The notes: a model not told the origin generated them from the letters alone. 57,230 nucleotides of DNA from a virus (IMGVR_UViG_3300025327_000033:1-57230); one strand, 5' to 3'. Positions 35,785-45,380 are shown, numbered from the stretch's first letter. Translations and numbers: made by a program.

Positions 35785-36092
35785 TCTCTGCCCCTCAGCG
35801 CGTCACGCAGCTTGTAGATCGCTGCCACCAGCTCGGTTTCCTGCTCGGTCAGGGTCTTGAGATCCGTGCCGGCCTTGTGCATGGTGTGCATGACCGTGCG
35901 CAGCCAGAACGGACCTTCCACCTGGGCTGGCTCGAGATCGTCCATCTCCCACGGTAGGATCCGCCATCCATATTTCTCCGCAGCCTCGAGCCGCTCGAGG
36001 CTGCTTGGCTTCCAGCGGCTGGGCTTGTCGTCTTCCCCGCCGGGTCCGTATTCGCCGAAGTCGGCGGCGGCTAGGACCTCGCTGCTAAAGGG
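35781..36092 (-). CDS. Tail assembly chaperone, frameshift extension (gpT-like)
   Basis: -1 frame is open after slippery C CCT TTA. Confidence 0.75.
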   Translation of the reverse strand, partial: PFSSEVLAAADFGEYGPGGEDDKPSRWKPSSLERLEAAEKYGWRILPWEMDDLEPAQVEGPFWLRTVMHTMHKAGTDLKTLTEQETELVAAIYKLRDALRGRE

Positions 36093-36526
36093 TTGGCCGC
36101 CGCCTGGTAGGCCTCCCCGAAAGTCCCCAGCAGCCATGTCGCCGTGGCCGGCGGAACGTTGTCGATCGCCTGGGTGTTCTCGGCATCGGCTTTCACCCGG
36201 GCCACTCCAGCCTGGATCCGGGCCTCGTCTTCGGTTCGCCCAGCAGCCAGTGCCTCATCGTGGGCCGCCGCGGCCGCTGCCTCGGGATCCTGGTAACCGG
36301 GGAACTCGATTGCGTTCCCGTCTTCGTCGAGCACATGCCATCCGACGACTCGCTCCAGCAGCACGCGCACCATCTCGTCGCCGCTGAGGAACTGGTCCAC
36401 CTTCCTTCGGTGGGCGTACTTCCAGCCCCGCCGCTTATAGAGCACGAACTCGTCCTTGTGCGCCGGCAGAGGGCAGTTGATGCGAATGACTTGCGCGTCG
36501 CTCTCTTGTGCTGTTGGCCGCTTCAT
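36071..36526 (-). CDS. Tail assembly chaperone (gpG-like)
   Basis: VVGWHVLDEDGNAIEF; ends ..NPL; SD GGGAGGTG. Confidence 0.8.
   Translation of the reverse strand: MKRPTAQESDAQVIRINCPLPAHKDEFVLYKRRGWKYAHRRKVDQFLSGDEMVRVLLERVVGWHVLDEDGNAIEFPGYQDPEAAAAAAHDEALAAGRTEDEARIQAGVARVKADAENTQAIDNVPPATATWLLGTFGEAYQAAANPLAARS
36086..36092 (-). other. Programmed -1 ribosomal frameshift site CCCTTTA
   Basis: X XXY YYZ heptamer in the correct frame. Confidence 0.8.
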
Positions 36527-36643
36527 GTCCCACCTCCCGTGGGGTGACAGCCCGAGCAAGGGCGCGGCAGGCGGTCGGGACCGCCGCTTTTCGGCTCGCG
36601 TAGCCTATCCGCGCCCAGGTTGGTGACGCCGGTGCGCTCACGC

Positions 36644-37084
36644 CTACGGCTTGGTCGTCCACCCCGGGGCCGTCGAGGTCGTGGGCCGCATGCTGGCCGC
36701 GATCGTCAGTTTGCCCTGGGGCGTCGCCGCGATGTTCAGCTTCGAGCACCAGAATTCGCCGGTGAACCGTGGGTCGCCCGTCGTGGGCAGTGCGCCCTGG
36801 CCGACGTCGATCGTCAGCGTCTTGCTGACCGCGCTCTGGCCGACGATGCCCTTCAGCACCTGGTACAGGCTGAGGGCCGTGGCATCGAAGTCCCCGGCGA
36901 TCTCCACCGGGAAGCTTGGCATGCCGGCGATCGAGCGCACCGCGCCATCGGTGAATCCCGTGGCATCGAGCTCGCCGTACTCGTCGGGGATGTCAACCGA
37001 GTTGACGTCCTTCGAGACGTCCCGAAGCACCGCTCCCGAGTCGTCGATCTGGACCTGCAGGTATTGCCCATTCAGCTTGGCCAT
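36644..37084 (-). CDS. Tail tube (major tail) protein
   Basis: ELDATGFTD..IAG..EIAGDFD..PRFTGEFW; position. Confidence 0.75.
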   Translation of the reverse strand: MAKLNGQYLQVQIDDSGAVLRDVSKDVNSVDIPDEYGELDATGFTDGAVRSIAGMPSFPVEIAGDFDATALSLYQVLKGIVGQSAVSKTLTIDVGQGALPTTGDPRFTGEFWCSKLNIAATPQGKLTIAASMRPTTSTAPGWTTKP

Positions 37085-37105
37085 GTTTCCTCCTGGCGGC
37101 GGCCG

Positions 37106-37876
37106 CTAGTTGGCGGCCAGCATGATGGCGAACGTCAGCTCGTCTGCTGCCGCGCCCGTTCGAGTGAGCAGGCACCGCCAGTAGCGGTCCAGGCTCGTCG
37201 TCTGCTTGATCCGCTCGCTGGTGCGGGTCGCCCCGTTGGCAGCGAACGTAATGTAGTCTGCCCACGCCGTTCCGTTCGGGCTGTGTTGGATCTTGATCGA
37301 GTACGTGTCGGTCCCCGGCGTGTCTTCGGTCGTCGCCTTGAGCACGTGCAGATAGCCGGTGCCGCCAGCGGCATAGGGCCCGACAGCGGTGTCGACGGTT
37401 GTGCCCGTCAGCGTGTTGGTGATCGTCGTGTAGCCCAGGACCTGACCGAGATCCGGCTTCTGGCCGACGGTCTTGAAATTGGCCTGGATCAGCATCTTGG
37501 CGTTCGGCTGTGCCGGCACTGTGACCTTGAACTGCCGGCTGGCGACTGCCAGACTCGGGTCGCCTGGCACCGGGCTCGCCCCCTGGCCGATCAGGACACT
37601 GAGGAGCTTCTCGATCGTGTTGTTCCCCGGCTCGCGCAGCGCCTTCCACACGCTCGTCTCAGGGCCTGGCGTGGCGTCCGGCTGCGGGTCGAAGAAGGAC
37701 TCGACCGACGCATCCAGCAACGGCATGCCGGCCTCGCTGCCCATCACGCCGTCCAGAAATGCCGTGTGGTCCAGCTCTGTGTACTCCACGCCCATGCCGT
37801 CAAAGGACCGAGTGCGTCCGCTGATGTCGTACCCATGAAACAGCACGGCGCAGAATTGGCCGCTAAGCTTCGCCAC
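37106..37876 (-). CDS. Second tail-tube-like protein with C-terminal beta domain
   Basis: N-terminus resembles the next gene (MAKL.GQ..ELD.T.F.D). Confidence 0.65.
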   Translation of the reverse strand: MAKLSGQFCAVLFHGYDISGRTRSFDGMGVEYTELDHTAFLDGVMGSEAGMPLLDASVESFFDPQPDATPGPETSVWKALREPGNNTIEKLLSVLIGQGASPVPGDPSLAVASRQFKVTVPAQPNAKMLIQANFKTVGQKPDLGQVLGYTTITNTLTGTTVDTAVGPYAAGGTGYLHVLKATTEDTPGTDTYSIKIQHSPNGTAWADYITFAANGATRTSERIKQTTSLDRYWRCLLTRTGAAADELTFAIMLAAN

Positions 37877-38102
37877 CGCTCACCTCCTCGTTCCCGGCGT
37901 CGTCCGCCGGGGCTGTCCCGGCCTCGGCCTCGATCGCTCCCATTTGCAGCAGGGCTGCGATGTCGCCGGCGTTCCCGATGGCCGAGGCTCTGAGCCACTT
38001 GCCGCTCGGCTCGAGGCGCTTGCCCTCCGGGTTGTCGGGCGTACAGCCCGTGTTGCAGCCCACGAGGACCCGGTATCGGTTCTCGCTCATCACTGCCATC
38101 AC
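37863..38102 (-). CDS. Small neck-region protein
   Basis: YRVLVG..LLQMGAIE. Confidence 0.65.
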   Translation of the reverse strand: MMAVMSENRYRVLVGCNTGCTPDNPEGKRLEPSGKWLRASAIGNAGDIAALLQMGAIEAEAGTAPADDAGNEEVSGGEA

Positions 38103-38599
38103 ACGACCTCCTTCACAAGGATCTCGATCTCGGCGTAATGGACCAACACGTCGCCGAACGTACGGAAATCCCAGCGCGCCGCCGGGCAGGGCGGGCCATA
38201 GAATTCTCCGGCTGCGCCCTGGTCCAGCCGGCTGCTGTGGAGCGCTGCGGCATCGTCCAGCGCCTGCTTGGCCGTCAGAGCCAGTGTCACGAACGTCTTC
38301 TCGCTGGCGTCTTCGTCACTGACCGCCATGTATCCGCGGATCCGGTAGCCGTAGCTCACTTCGTCTGTGCCGGCGGTCCCCGGTGGACCGAAGGTCAGTT
38401 GTTCCTGCGACATGTCTTCCAGGCTTATGCTCCAGCCCCGCAGCTGCGAGACGCCAGCGATGTCGGCCTGGTACATCGTCTGCAGGGCCTCCCAATCGTC
38501 GGCGAAGCGCTCGTAGTCGTGGACCTTGCCCATGTTGGCCACGCCATCGAGCACCGTCTTGATCGCCGCCCTGGCCTGGCCCTCGTGGAAGGCAGGCAT
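38099..38599 (-). CDS. Tail terminator/completion protein
   Basis: Position; KVHDYER..HYAEIEI. Confidence 0.65.
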   Translation of the reverse strand: MPAFHEGQARAAIKTVLDGVANMGKVHDYERFADDWEALQTMYQADIAGVSQLRGWSISLEDMSQEQLTFGPPGTAGTDEVSYGYRIRGYMAVSDEDASEKTFVTLALTAKQALDDAAALHSSRLDQGAAGEFYGPPCPAARWDFRTFGDVLVHYAEIEILVKEVV

Positions 38600-39135
38600 C
38601 AGGCGCTCACCTTCGCCATGCGCGCTGTCGCTCGCACTGTCGCCTGAGCGAAGATCTTGTCGACCCTGGTGCGGCCGCCGCCCTCCCAGGCCCGGCGGAA
38701 CATGTGGGCTCCGGGTGTGCCCCGCCTGGCGATCGCCGCCGCAATCGGCCACGCCAGAGTCTCGTCTCCAAACTTGCGCAGGGCCCACAGCTTGATCGGT
38801 GCGATCGGGGGCCAGTGCGGCCGAGTCCCGAACTCGACGTAGTTGGCGTATTCCCTGGGGCTTATCAGACTGGCACCGCCGTGAGCGTCACCGGCCCGAA
38901 CCTTGCCCACCAGCTCCGTGAGTGGGCTGCCTCGTACCTCGAAGCCAGCCGGGAATTCGATTGAGCTCCTGAGGATCCCGTAGTTGACTGGCGTCCGGGC
39001 GGCCACCATCGTCGTCAGCAGCATGCCCGACTCTTCCATCGCCCGCCGGATCTCGTCGTCGACGATGGCTTCCCATCCGGGGATGGCATTCGCCAGCGCC
39101 ACAAGCTCCGTAACGTCCACAGTGAACTCGATCAC
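38599..39135 (-). CDS. HK97 gp10-like neck protein
   Basis: TPVNYGILRSSI..YANYVEFGTRPH..IARRGT. Confidence 0.85.
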   Translation of the reverse strand: MIEFTVDVTELVALANAIPGWEAIVDDEIRRAMEESGMLLTTMVAARTPVNYGILRSSIEFPAGFEVRGSPLTELVGKVRAGDAHGGASLISPREYANYVEFGTRPHWPPIAPIKLWALRKFGDETLAWPIAAAIARRGTPGAHMFRRAWEGGGRTRVDKIFAQATVRATARMAKVSA

Positions 39136-40361
39136 AGCCCGCCTCGGCGTCGTCCGTGGAACAGGTAGCCGCCGGCCGGCTGACTCGGCGTCATGCCCAC
39201 CAACGTCATCCCGGGCTTGCGCTCGGCTTCCTTGTCCAGCCCGAGCATCAGCTTGTATTCCTTCTCGAGGTCCTTGGCCAGGCTGCGGTAGAACTCGCCC
39301 TGCCGGCTGCGATCCGCCACGTCGGCGTTGAGCGTGCTTGAACGCTTCTGGCCGAACTTCGAGGCCACCCGCAGGCACGTCTTCGCTGCAGCCAGGTATC
39401 CGATCGCGGTCACGTGCTCGCCAGGAATGTCGATCGTGGGGGTCGGGGCCTCGATCCACGTGTAGGGATCCGCCACGAGCATGCGAACCAGTTCGGTTGC
39501 CGCGGGCCGATGCACCCGGAAGTACAGCCAGCTCCCGACGTCGGTCAGGTAGATCTCGTACTGATCCTCCCCCAGGAACACAGGCTGCTCGTCGGCTGCC
39601 ACATCCGCCGCCGGGTACTCGACGGACGCCGGCATGCCCAGCGTGCTCTGCCATCCCGGAGTGGACGCTGTCAGTCTCAGGATGCCCTGGCTCGCTGTGC
39701 CGAATGCCGCCCACATCGCCGTGGCGCTGTTGAATTGACTGACGTCGTTGACTGGCGATCCGCCCTGCTTCACCCCCAAAGCGATCTCGGACGTGCCGGC
39801 GGCGTACGTGTAGCCCGTGGCGGCCAGGGCGGCGTGATACGTTCCTGCCGGCAGTTCCTCGGGCTCGTCGGCCGAGAACGCCACCCAATCGTAGCGGCCG
39901 AGTGGCGCTCCGCCATCGCCGTCGATGTCGACCTCTTTGGACTTCATAACCAGGCTGACTGGCAACCCGGTCACGTCGGTGTAGATCTCGACGAAGGCCT
40001 CGCCGGCGACGGTTTCGCCCGCCCGCTGGAGCGGCATTCCAATCTCTCGGATGGCCATGCGCCGCGCCAGGCTGAACTTGATGCCCAGCTTCGTGTTGGG
40101 CCCGCTTGCCGTCAGTAGGGCGATACCGGCGTCCCGCAGGGTTTCGGCCAGGTCGATGGCTCGCCCGTGGAGCAGGTAGTACGCCCCGCCATCGCCGGCG
40201 AATTCGATTGCTCGCCGGCGCGGCACGTCCCGACCATACCTATCGACGGCCTCTCGGATCGCCCTGTCCCGATCGGCTGCGGGAATCGTCGTGTCGGGGA
40301 TCCCCTGCAGGTGGCTGTCGACCATCTGTCGCAGGATGGCGATGCCCGTCCTCGTGGCCAT
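39132..40361 (-). CDS. Head-tail connector with an inserted beta domain
   Basis: AIREAVDRY N-terminus and YLAAA..FYRSLA C-terminus flank an insert. Confidence 0.65.
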   Translation of the reverse strand: MATRTGIAILRQMVDSHLQGIPDTTIPAADRDRAIREAVDRYGRDVPRRRAIEFAGDGGAYYLLHGRAIDLAETLRDAGIALLTASGPNTKLGIKFSLARRMAIREIGMPLQRAGETVAGEAFVEIYTDVTGLPVSLVMKSKEVDIDGDGGAPLGRYDWVAFSADEPEELPAGTYHAALAATGYTYAAGTSEIALGVKQGGSPVNDVSQFNSATAMWAAFGTASQGILRLTASTPGWQSTLGMPASVEYPAADVAADEQPVFLGEDQYEIYLTDVGSWLYFRVHRPAATELVRMLVADPYTWIEAPTPTIDIPGEHVTAIGYLAAAKTCLRVASKFGQKRSSTLNADVADRSRQGEFYRSLAKDLEKEYKLMLGLDKEAERKPGMTLVGMTPSQPAGGYLFHGRRRGGL

Positions 40362-40639
40362 CACGCAACCTGGTCGAGCATTGCCTTGGCACCCGCGCCG
40401 GTGATGACGACGTGGATGCCCTTGCTGAACACCAGGCCGCCCGGGTACTCAGCTCGGACGCTCGCCCCGCTGGCGGCCGCCTGCAGCTGCTCGATGATCG
40501 TGCCCGCCGCGGACGTGTTGTCGTACACCGTCAGGGTCGACAACGCCGCCGCCGGCGTCAGCGTGATCCCGCTTAGGGCTCCGGCTCCGGTGATCTTCGT
40601 CCCCGTACTCGAGGCATCGATCGGCTTGGCTGGTCCCAT
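40361..40639 (-). CDS. Small virion protein
   Basis: LTVYDNTSAAGT..GLVFSKGIHV. Confidence 0.7.
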   Translation of the reverse strand: MGPAKPIDASSTGTKITGAGALSGITLTPAAALSTLTVYDNTSAAGTIIEQLQAAASGASVRAEYPGGLVFSKGIHVVITGAGAKAMLDQVA

Positions 40640-40720
40640 GCTCGTCTCCCGTCATTGAAGGGCGCGGCCGGCGCTGTTCCGCCGCCCGCGCCCCGCTACG
40701 TCTGTCCCTTGCCTGCCGGC

Positions 40721-41377
40721 TCAGCTGCCGAGTGCCTCTACCGCCTTACGCACGGCCTTGATCTGCTTCCCGTTCAGACCGAGCGCCTTCAGCTCGTCAT
40801 TGCTCATGGCGACTAGGGCCCGTGGATCCTCGGCTTTGGCGGTCTCCAGGGCCTCGAGCACTTCCTTCGGCCACGCGGGCCCGCTGGCGGTCTCCGTGGT
40901 GCCTTCGGTGGTCCCGGGGCCGCTGGCGGCGTCTGCCCCCGCCTGCTCGTCGCCTGGGGGCGGCTGGGTCCCCGCCGGCGGCTCGGACGGGCGTTCGGCG
41001 GCGGGTCTCGCCTTGGCCTTCGGCATGGCCCCGAGCTCGGCCGTGGCCTGCTCGGTCAGCTTCGCCCGGATGGCCAGCACCAGCTGGACCTTGCCCTTGG
41101 CTGCCGGCGTGACTCCCAGGCTGTTGGCGATGCGCTCCAGCTCCTCCCGCTTCATGCTTTCCAGCGTCGGAGGAGCCCCTTCGAGCGCGACGTCAAGATC
41201 GTGGTTGTCGACGTCGACCTTCTTGACGCCTGCGGGCCCGTAGTCGATGAGCACCTTGTAGCGGGGCTCGCCCTCCCGGCCGATGTAGCTCTCGGCCTTC
41301 ACGATCTTCCCCCCGGCTGGCTTCAAGCCCGCTGTCGCCAATACGTCGGCGATCTGTTGCTTGCTCAGCTCTCCCAT
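40721..41377 (-). CDS. Hypothetical protein with HeH/Rho-N-like motif
   Basis: LESMKREELERIANSLGV..KVQLVLAI. Confidence 0.65.
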   Translation of the reverse strand: MGELSKQQIADVLATAGLKPAGGKIVKAESYIGREGEPRYKVLIDYGPAGVKKVDVDNHDLDVALEGAPPTLESMKREELERIANSLGVTPAAKGKVQLVLAIRAKLTEQATAELGAMPKAKARPAAERPSEPPAGTQPPPGDEQAGADAASGPGTTEGTTETASGPAWPKEVLEALETAKAEDPRALVAMSNDELKALGLNGKQIKAVRKAVEALGS

Positions 41378-41435
41378 GACTTCTCGCCTCCCGGCGTGGT
41401 TCGTTCGTCGTGTCCCGAGTGTCCTGCTTGGTCGC

Positions 41436-41777
41436 CTACTCGCCGACCAGGCCGATCAGCATGATCGTGCCCGTGAAGGTCGGCGTGGTGCCGGCGGTGT
41501 AGTTCTGGTCGAACGTGATGATCGATCCGGCGGCGATCGTCTTGGGCGCTGCCAGCGTGCGAATGCCGTTGGTCAGGTTGCTCAAGGCCGTGGCCCCTGC
41601 GATCTCGGTGCCGTCGTCCTTGATGTCCACCGACGCCGCCGACGGCGCGCCGGCGACGGCTCCGTCGAAGGCCACCGCCTCGAGCAGAAACGATTCGTCG
41701 ACACGCGTCAGCACCTGGTCGCTGCCTGCGGCCTGCGCCGACTTGTAGATCGGGATGTACACCTTGCGCTCGTTCAT
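41436..41777 (-). CDS. Putative head decoration protein
   Basis: Small beta protein after the capsid gene. Confidence 0.6.
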   Translation of the reverse strand: MNERKVYIPIYKSAQAAGSDQVLTRVDESFLLEAVAFDGAVAGAPSAASVDIKDDGTEIAGATALSNLTNGIRTLAAPKTIAAGSIITFDQNYTAGTTPTFTGTIMLIGLVGE

Positions 41778-41809
41778 GCCGTTGTCTCCTGGTCCCTTGG
41801 TCGGCCCCG

Positions 41810-41840
41810 CTGCCTGGGGCGGCCCCCTGCCGCCCCAGGC
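41810..41840 (-). terminator. Hairpin after the capsid gene
   Basis: gcctggggcggc/gccgccccaggc; no U-tract. Confidence 0.4.
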
Positions 41841-41868
41841 CCGCTACGACCGAGCTTGGTTATTGAGG

Positions 41869-44862
41869 CTAGACGTTGCTCTTGTGCAGCGGCCGGAAGT
41901 CGCCGACCGGGGCCGTGTCATACGTCGAGCTGAAGCGCGCCCCGAACATGCGAGCCTTGTACCGCAGCGTGTCGTTGGTGAACATCGCTCCCGCGCGCTC
42001 GTCGTCCGCCGAGAACAGCTCGGGCGTCCGCCGGCCGCGCAGCCAGATCAGCCAGATCGCCGGGAACATCGCCGGGTCGGCGATGGCTGCCCAGTTGTCC
42101 GCATCCGTCCAGTGCGGCACCACGACTGGCTCGAACGTGCCCTGCAGGAAGCTGCGGGTCTGCATCTCGCCACCCGACGTGGCCCCGCCGCTCTCGCCAG
42201 GCACCAGCTCGGAGTTGCGGATCTGGTAGGCCGTGGCCTCCAGGTCGACCGGCACGAGCAGGTAGCGTGGCGTGATCGCCAGCTGCTGGCCTGCCCCGAG
42301 CGGCTGGTCGGTCTGCTTGCGCATCGCCGTCCGCACCGCCACGAACTCGGCGTAGCTCAGGGCGGCGGTCCGCAGGTTCGCGTGCCCGCCGGCCGAAGAC
42401 ACCGCCGTGGCGTTGAAGAGCGCACCGCTGTCGGCCAAGACAGGGCCGGTCGCCGTGTTCACGGTGAACACCCGGGCGACCAGCATGCCGATCTCGTTGT
42501 ACCAGGCGTTGGCCATCCGGGCGGGGATCGTGCGCAGCGTGTTCAGCTTGTCCCGCAGGAACGTTTCGAGCGTCACGCCCACGAACCCACCGCGCTTCAC
42601 GAACGACGCGGTTTCCTCTTCGTCTTCCATGTCGAGCTCGCCGTAGGCGTCACCCTCGCTCATCACGTTCAGGCCGCCGATGCCGAACACCCGGACCAGC
42701 GTTGCGTCGTCCAGGGTGTCGACGTCTTCCTGCCTGACGATCGGGTCCCACCAGCGCTGGCGGACGCTGTAGTCCGCTGCCAGCAGGACGTTGAGGGCAT
42801 TCTTGACGATACTCGACAGGCTTGAGGTCGTCAGCGACGCCTCGAGCAGGCGCTTGTTCGCCAGGCGGCCGTCGATGGCTGCATCGACGCCACCCATGAA
42901 GTCGTAGTACCACTCGCTCAGCCGGGTGGGAACCACCACGGCCGGAGCGCCGGCCTTGACGTGCCGGACGAAGGCTTCCGAGAACCGGCTGGGCGCGTAG
43001 TGGTCCTCCGCCCCGCCCTTCACGGCTTCCTTCGCCTTGGTGACCATCTCGGTGAACCGCGTGCTGCCGGCGATCAGCCGGACCAGCGCCATCTCGTACC
43101 TGTCAAGCTCAGTGACGGGGCTGACGTCAACCGACTCGGGCAGCCGGATGCTGCCGCTGGCGCTCAGCTCGCTCAGCGCCGCTCGGTGCTGGTCGATGCT
43201 TTCCTTCAGGTCCTTCGACTCGAAGGTCCGGCCCTTGAACTGGCCGGCGATCAGGCCCTGCACCTGCTTGGGCAGCCCGGATGCGGCGAGACTCTCGCTC
43301 AGCTCCGCCTCGCGGGCCTTCTGAGCGATTGCCTGCTCGGCCTTCACGGCTCGGGCGGCGGCTTCCTCTGCGCGGCGCAGCGCTTCGGTGACCGCGGGCG
43401 GCTCGCCTTTCGGCGGCTCGCCTTCGCCCTCGCCCTCGCCCTCGCCTTCGCCTTCGCCCTCAGGCTTCGGCTTGGTTGGATCCGCAGGCGGCGTGCCTTC
43501 CCTGACAGCCAGCTTTTCCTTCAGCGCCTTCACCTCGGCCGCAATGGCTGATGCGAACGCAGCCTGGGCTTCGGTGATGGGCCTGACGGCCTCGGCCAGC
43601 AACTCGGCGATCAGTTTCTTCAGTGCCTCGGGGTCCATATCTCCCATCTCCTTCAGAATGGCCCGGCTGGCCAGCAACCGGGCTAGGCGGCCTCCGGCGG
43701 CGGGGTCGCTCACGACGTCGACACTCAGCGCCCTGGTGATCTTCTCGATCACCTGGAATGTCTGCCCGCCGAGGGCCCGGATGGACCGCTCCATTCCGTC
43801 GCCCAGCGCATCGATCGACAGCCCGATGGCGCTCAGCACGCCAGCGTCGTGCGCTTCGACCAGCTTTTCCCGCATCGCCTTATCGATGAGTTTCAGCGTG
43901 GCCTTGACCGCGTGACCTGCTGCGTCCCACCACGGCTCGACCAGCACACCGACCCATTCCTCCCCGACGGACCGGGCTCCCCCTGATGCCTCGAATTCCT
44001 CGTCCGTCTGGTGGTTGTCGAACACCTTCACGCCTTCGAACAGCGGCGCTGCGCTTTCCAGCGCCTCAGCCAGATACAGCCGGCCGTTCTTGCTGCGGAT
44101 GTACGTCTCCTCGTCTTCGGTGATCAGGTCGGCCTCGGTCTCGGGCCCGATGATCACCACCTCCCACTCTGTCCCCCGTTCCTTCTTGTCCTTGGCCTCG
44201 ACCAACTGCAGCCGCAGGCTCTCGCTGACCGGCATCCAGCTCTGCTCAACCTTCGTCCACTTCGATTGGTCGGCGAACTCGATCTCGCCGTCGGCGTTGT
44301 GGCCGTAGCCGACCAGGTAGCACTCGCCGTCGTAGTCAGCGATAACCGCGTCTTCGTAGACCGTCCTCACCCACGTGTTGTGCGCCGGCTGGCCAGCCGC
44401 GGTGGGCTTGTCGAATTGTCGGTAGAAAGCCGAACGCACGTCCTCGACGAGCTCGCTCAGGTCCTTGCCGTGTGCGGTGGCTTCCTTCGTGCTGGCGTCG
44501 ACGACCTGACCGCCGGCGTACTTCTTTCCCTTGTTGGCCTTGGCAATGCGCCGGCCCATCGTGGCCCACTCGCTGTCGGTGTAGCCCCCGGCCGACTTGT
44601 TGCCCGCGTCGTTGAACCGCGTGATGGCGTTGATCGCTCTGGCTTCGGGCTCGAGGGGATACCTGTAGTTGACGGGGTCTGCGAACTTACTGTCCGGCAC
44701 ACTGGCGTACTCGGCCGGCCTGGTGACGTTGCCCCCCTTCTTGATCCCGATGCCGTACTTCTTTGCCCTGGCGGCCTGTGCCTTCTTGTCGGGATCCTCC
44801 GTAGCCTCGGTGACCCGACGGTGTGGCCTGCCTGCATGACGCAACGGTGGGGTGCTTGCCAT
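41869..44862 (-). CDS. Fusion of DUF6582-like domain, prohead protease, scaffold and major capsid protein (Mu gpT/HK97 fold)
   Basis: FADPVNYRYPL; DNH..GLSI..SVDVVSDPAAGG protease motifs; PRYLLVPVDLE capsid motif. Confidence 0.88.
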   Translation of the reverse strand: MASTPPLRHAGRPHRRVTEATEDPDKKAQAARAKKYGIGIKKGGNVTRPAEYASVPDSKFADPVNYRYPLEPEARAINAITRFNDAGNKSAGGYTDSEWATMGRRIAKANKGKKYAGGQVVDASTKEATAHGKDLSELVEDVRSAFYRQFDKPTAAGQPAHNTWVRTVYEDAVIADYDGECYLVGYGHNADGEIEFADQSKWTKVEQSWMPVSESLRLQLVEAKDKKERGTEWEVVIIGPETEADLITEDEETYIRSKNGRLYLAEALESAAPLFEGVKVFDNHQTDEEFEASGGARSVGEEWVGVLVEPWWDAAGHAVKATLKLIDKAMREKLVEAHDAGVLSAIGLSIDALGDGMERSIRALGGQTFQVIEKITRALSVDVVSDPAAGGRLARLLASRAILKEMGDMDPEALKKLIAELLAEAVRPITEAQAAFASAIAAEVKALKEKLAVREGTPPADPTKPKPEGEGEGEGEGEGEGEPPKGEPPAVTEALRRAEEAAARAVKAEQAIAQKAREAELSESLAASGLPKQVQGLIAGQFKGRTFESKDLKESIDQHRAALSELSASGSIRLPESVDVSPVTELDRYEMALVRLIAGSTRFTEMVTKAKEAVKGGAEDHYAPSRFSEAFVRHVKAGAPAVVVPTRLSEWYYDFMGGVDAAIDGRLANKRLLEASLTTSSLSSIVKNALNVLLAADYSVRQRWWDPIVRQEDVDTLDDATLVRVFGIGGLNVMSEGDAYGELDMEDEEETASFVKRGGFVGVTLETFLRDKLNTLRTIPARMANAWYNEIGMLVARVFTVNTATGPVLADSGALFNATAVSSAGGHANLRTAALSYAEFVAVRTAMRKQTDQPLGAGQQLAITPRYLLVPVDLEATAYQIRNSELVPGESGGATSGGEMQTRSFLQGTFEPVVVPHWTDADNWAAIADPAMFPAIWLIWLRGRRTPELFSADDERAGAMFTNDTLRYKARMFGARFSSTYDTAPVGDFRPLHKSNV

Positions 44863-44885
44863 CTGGCCTCCCGACGTCGGGAACG

Positions 44886-44916
44886 AAAAACGCGCCGCTC
44901 AGTGCGAGCGGCGCGT
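44886..44916 (-). terminator. Intrinsic terminator in the capsid leader
   Basis: ACGCGCCGCTC-gcact-GAGCGGCGCGT followed by a T run. Confidence 0.7.
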
Positions 44917-44971
44917 GGGTCCACGGTTCACGCACCTGACCGCTGGCCTCTCGGCGCGGTCCTCACCGGCC

Positions 44972-45001
44972 AATTTACACCGCGAGCACCGGCGCTGTCA
45001 A
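44972..45001 (-). promoter_or_regulatory. Sigma70-type promoter upstream of the capsid operon
   Basis: TTGACA-18 nt-TAAATT. Confidence 0.7.
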
Positions 45002-45021
45002 GGGCTGTCGCTGGCCGTCGT

Positions 45022-45165
45022 TCAGGATCCGAGTGTCATCAGGAAGGCGAACAGGCCTCCGATGGCGATGGCCGCGACCACGAACATGGCGCACCTCGAG
45101 CAGCCTTCTCCGGTCTGCTGGCGCTGCTTCTCCGCCTCCTGTGCCGTCGCTGGTGCCTTTGTCAT
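45022..45165 (-). CDS. Small single-TM protein
   Basis: MTKAP..MFVVAAIAIGGLFAFLM; SD GGAGGG. Confidence 0.55.
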   Translation of the reverse strand: MTKAPATAQEAEKQRQQTGEGCSRCAMFVVAAIAIGGLFAFLMTLGS

Positions 45166-45380
45166 GCTCCCTCCGTGTAGTGTTCCCGCACGCGGAAGGA
45201 CTGCAGTCCGTCCTTGCCGCGCCCGTCCTTCACAACATACACCGCGTGGGCTCCGGCGTCCAGCTGCCGGATCCGCTGCAGCAGGTGGAGTTCGCCCTGG
45301 GTCAGACGCAGCTCGTGATCCGGCTTCGTCGGGTGCTCGGCACTGACATCGAGGTCGCCATTGCGCCAGCTGCTACGCAT
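45162..45380 (-). CDS. Hypothetical protein
   Basis: Coupled ORF. Confidence 0.55.
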   Translation of the reverse strand: MRSSWRNGDLDVSAEHPTKPDHELRLTQGELHLLQRIRQLDAGAHAVYVVKDGRGKDGLQSFRVREHYTEGA

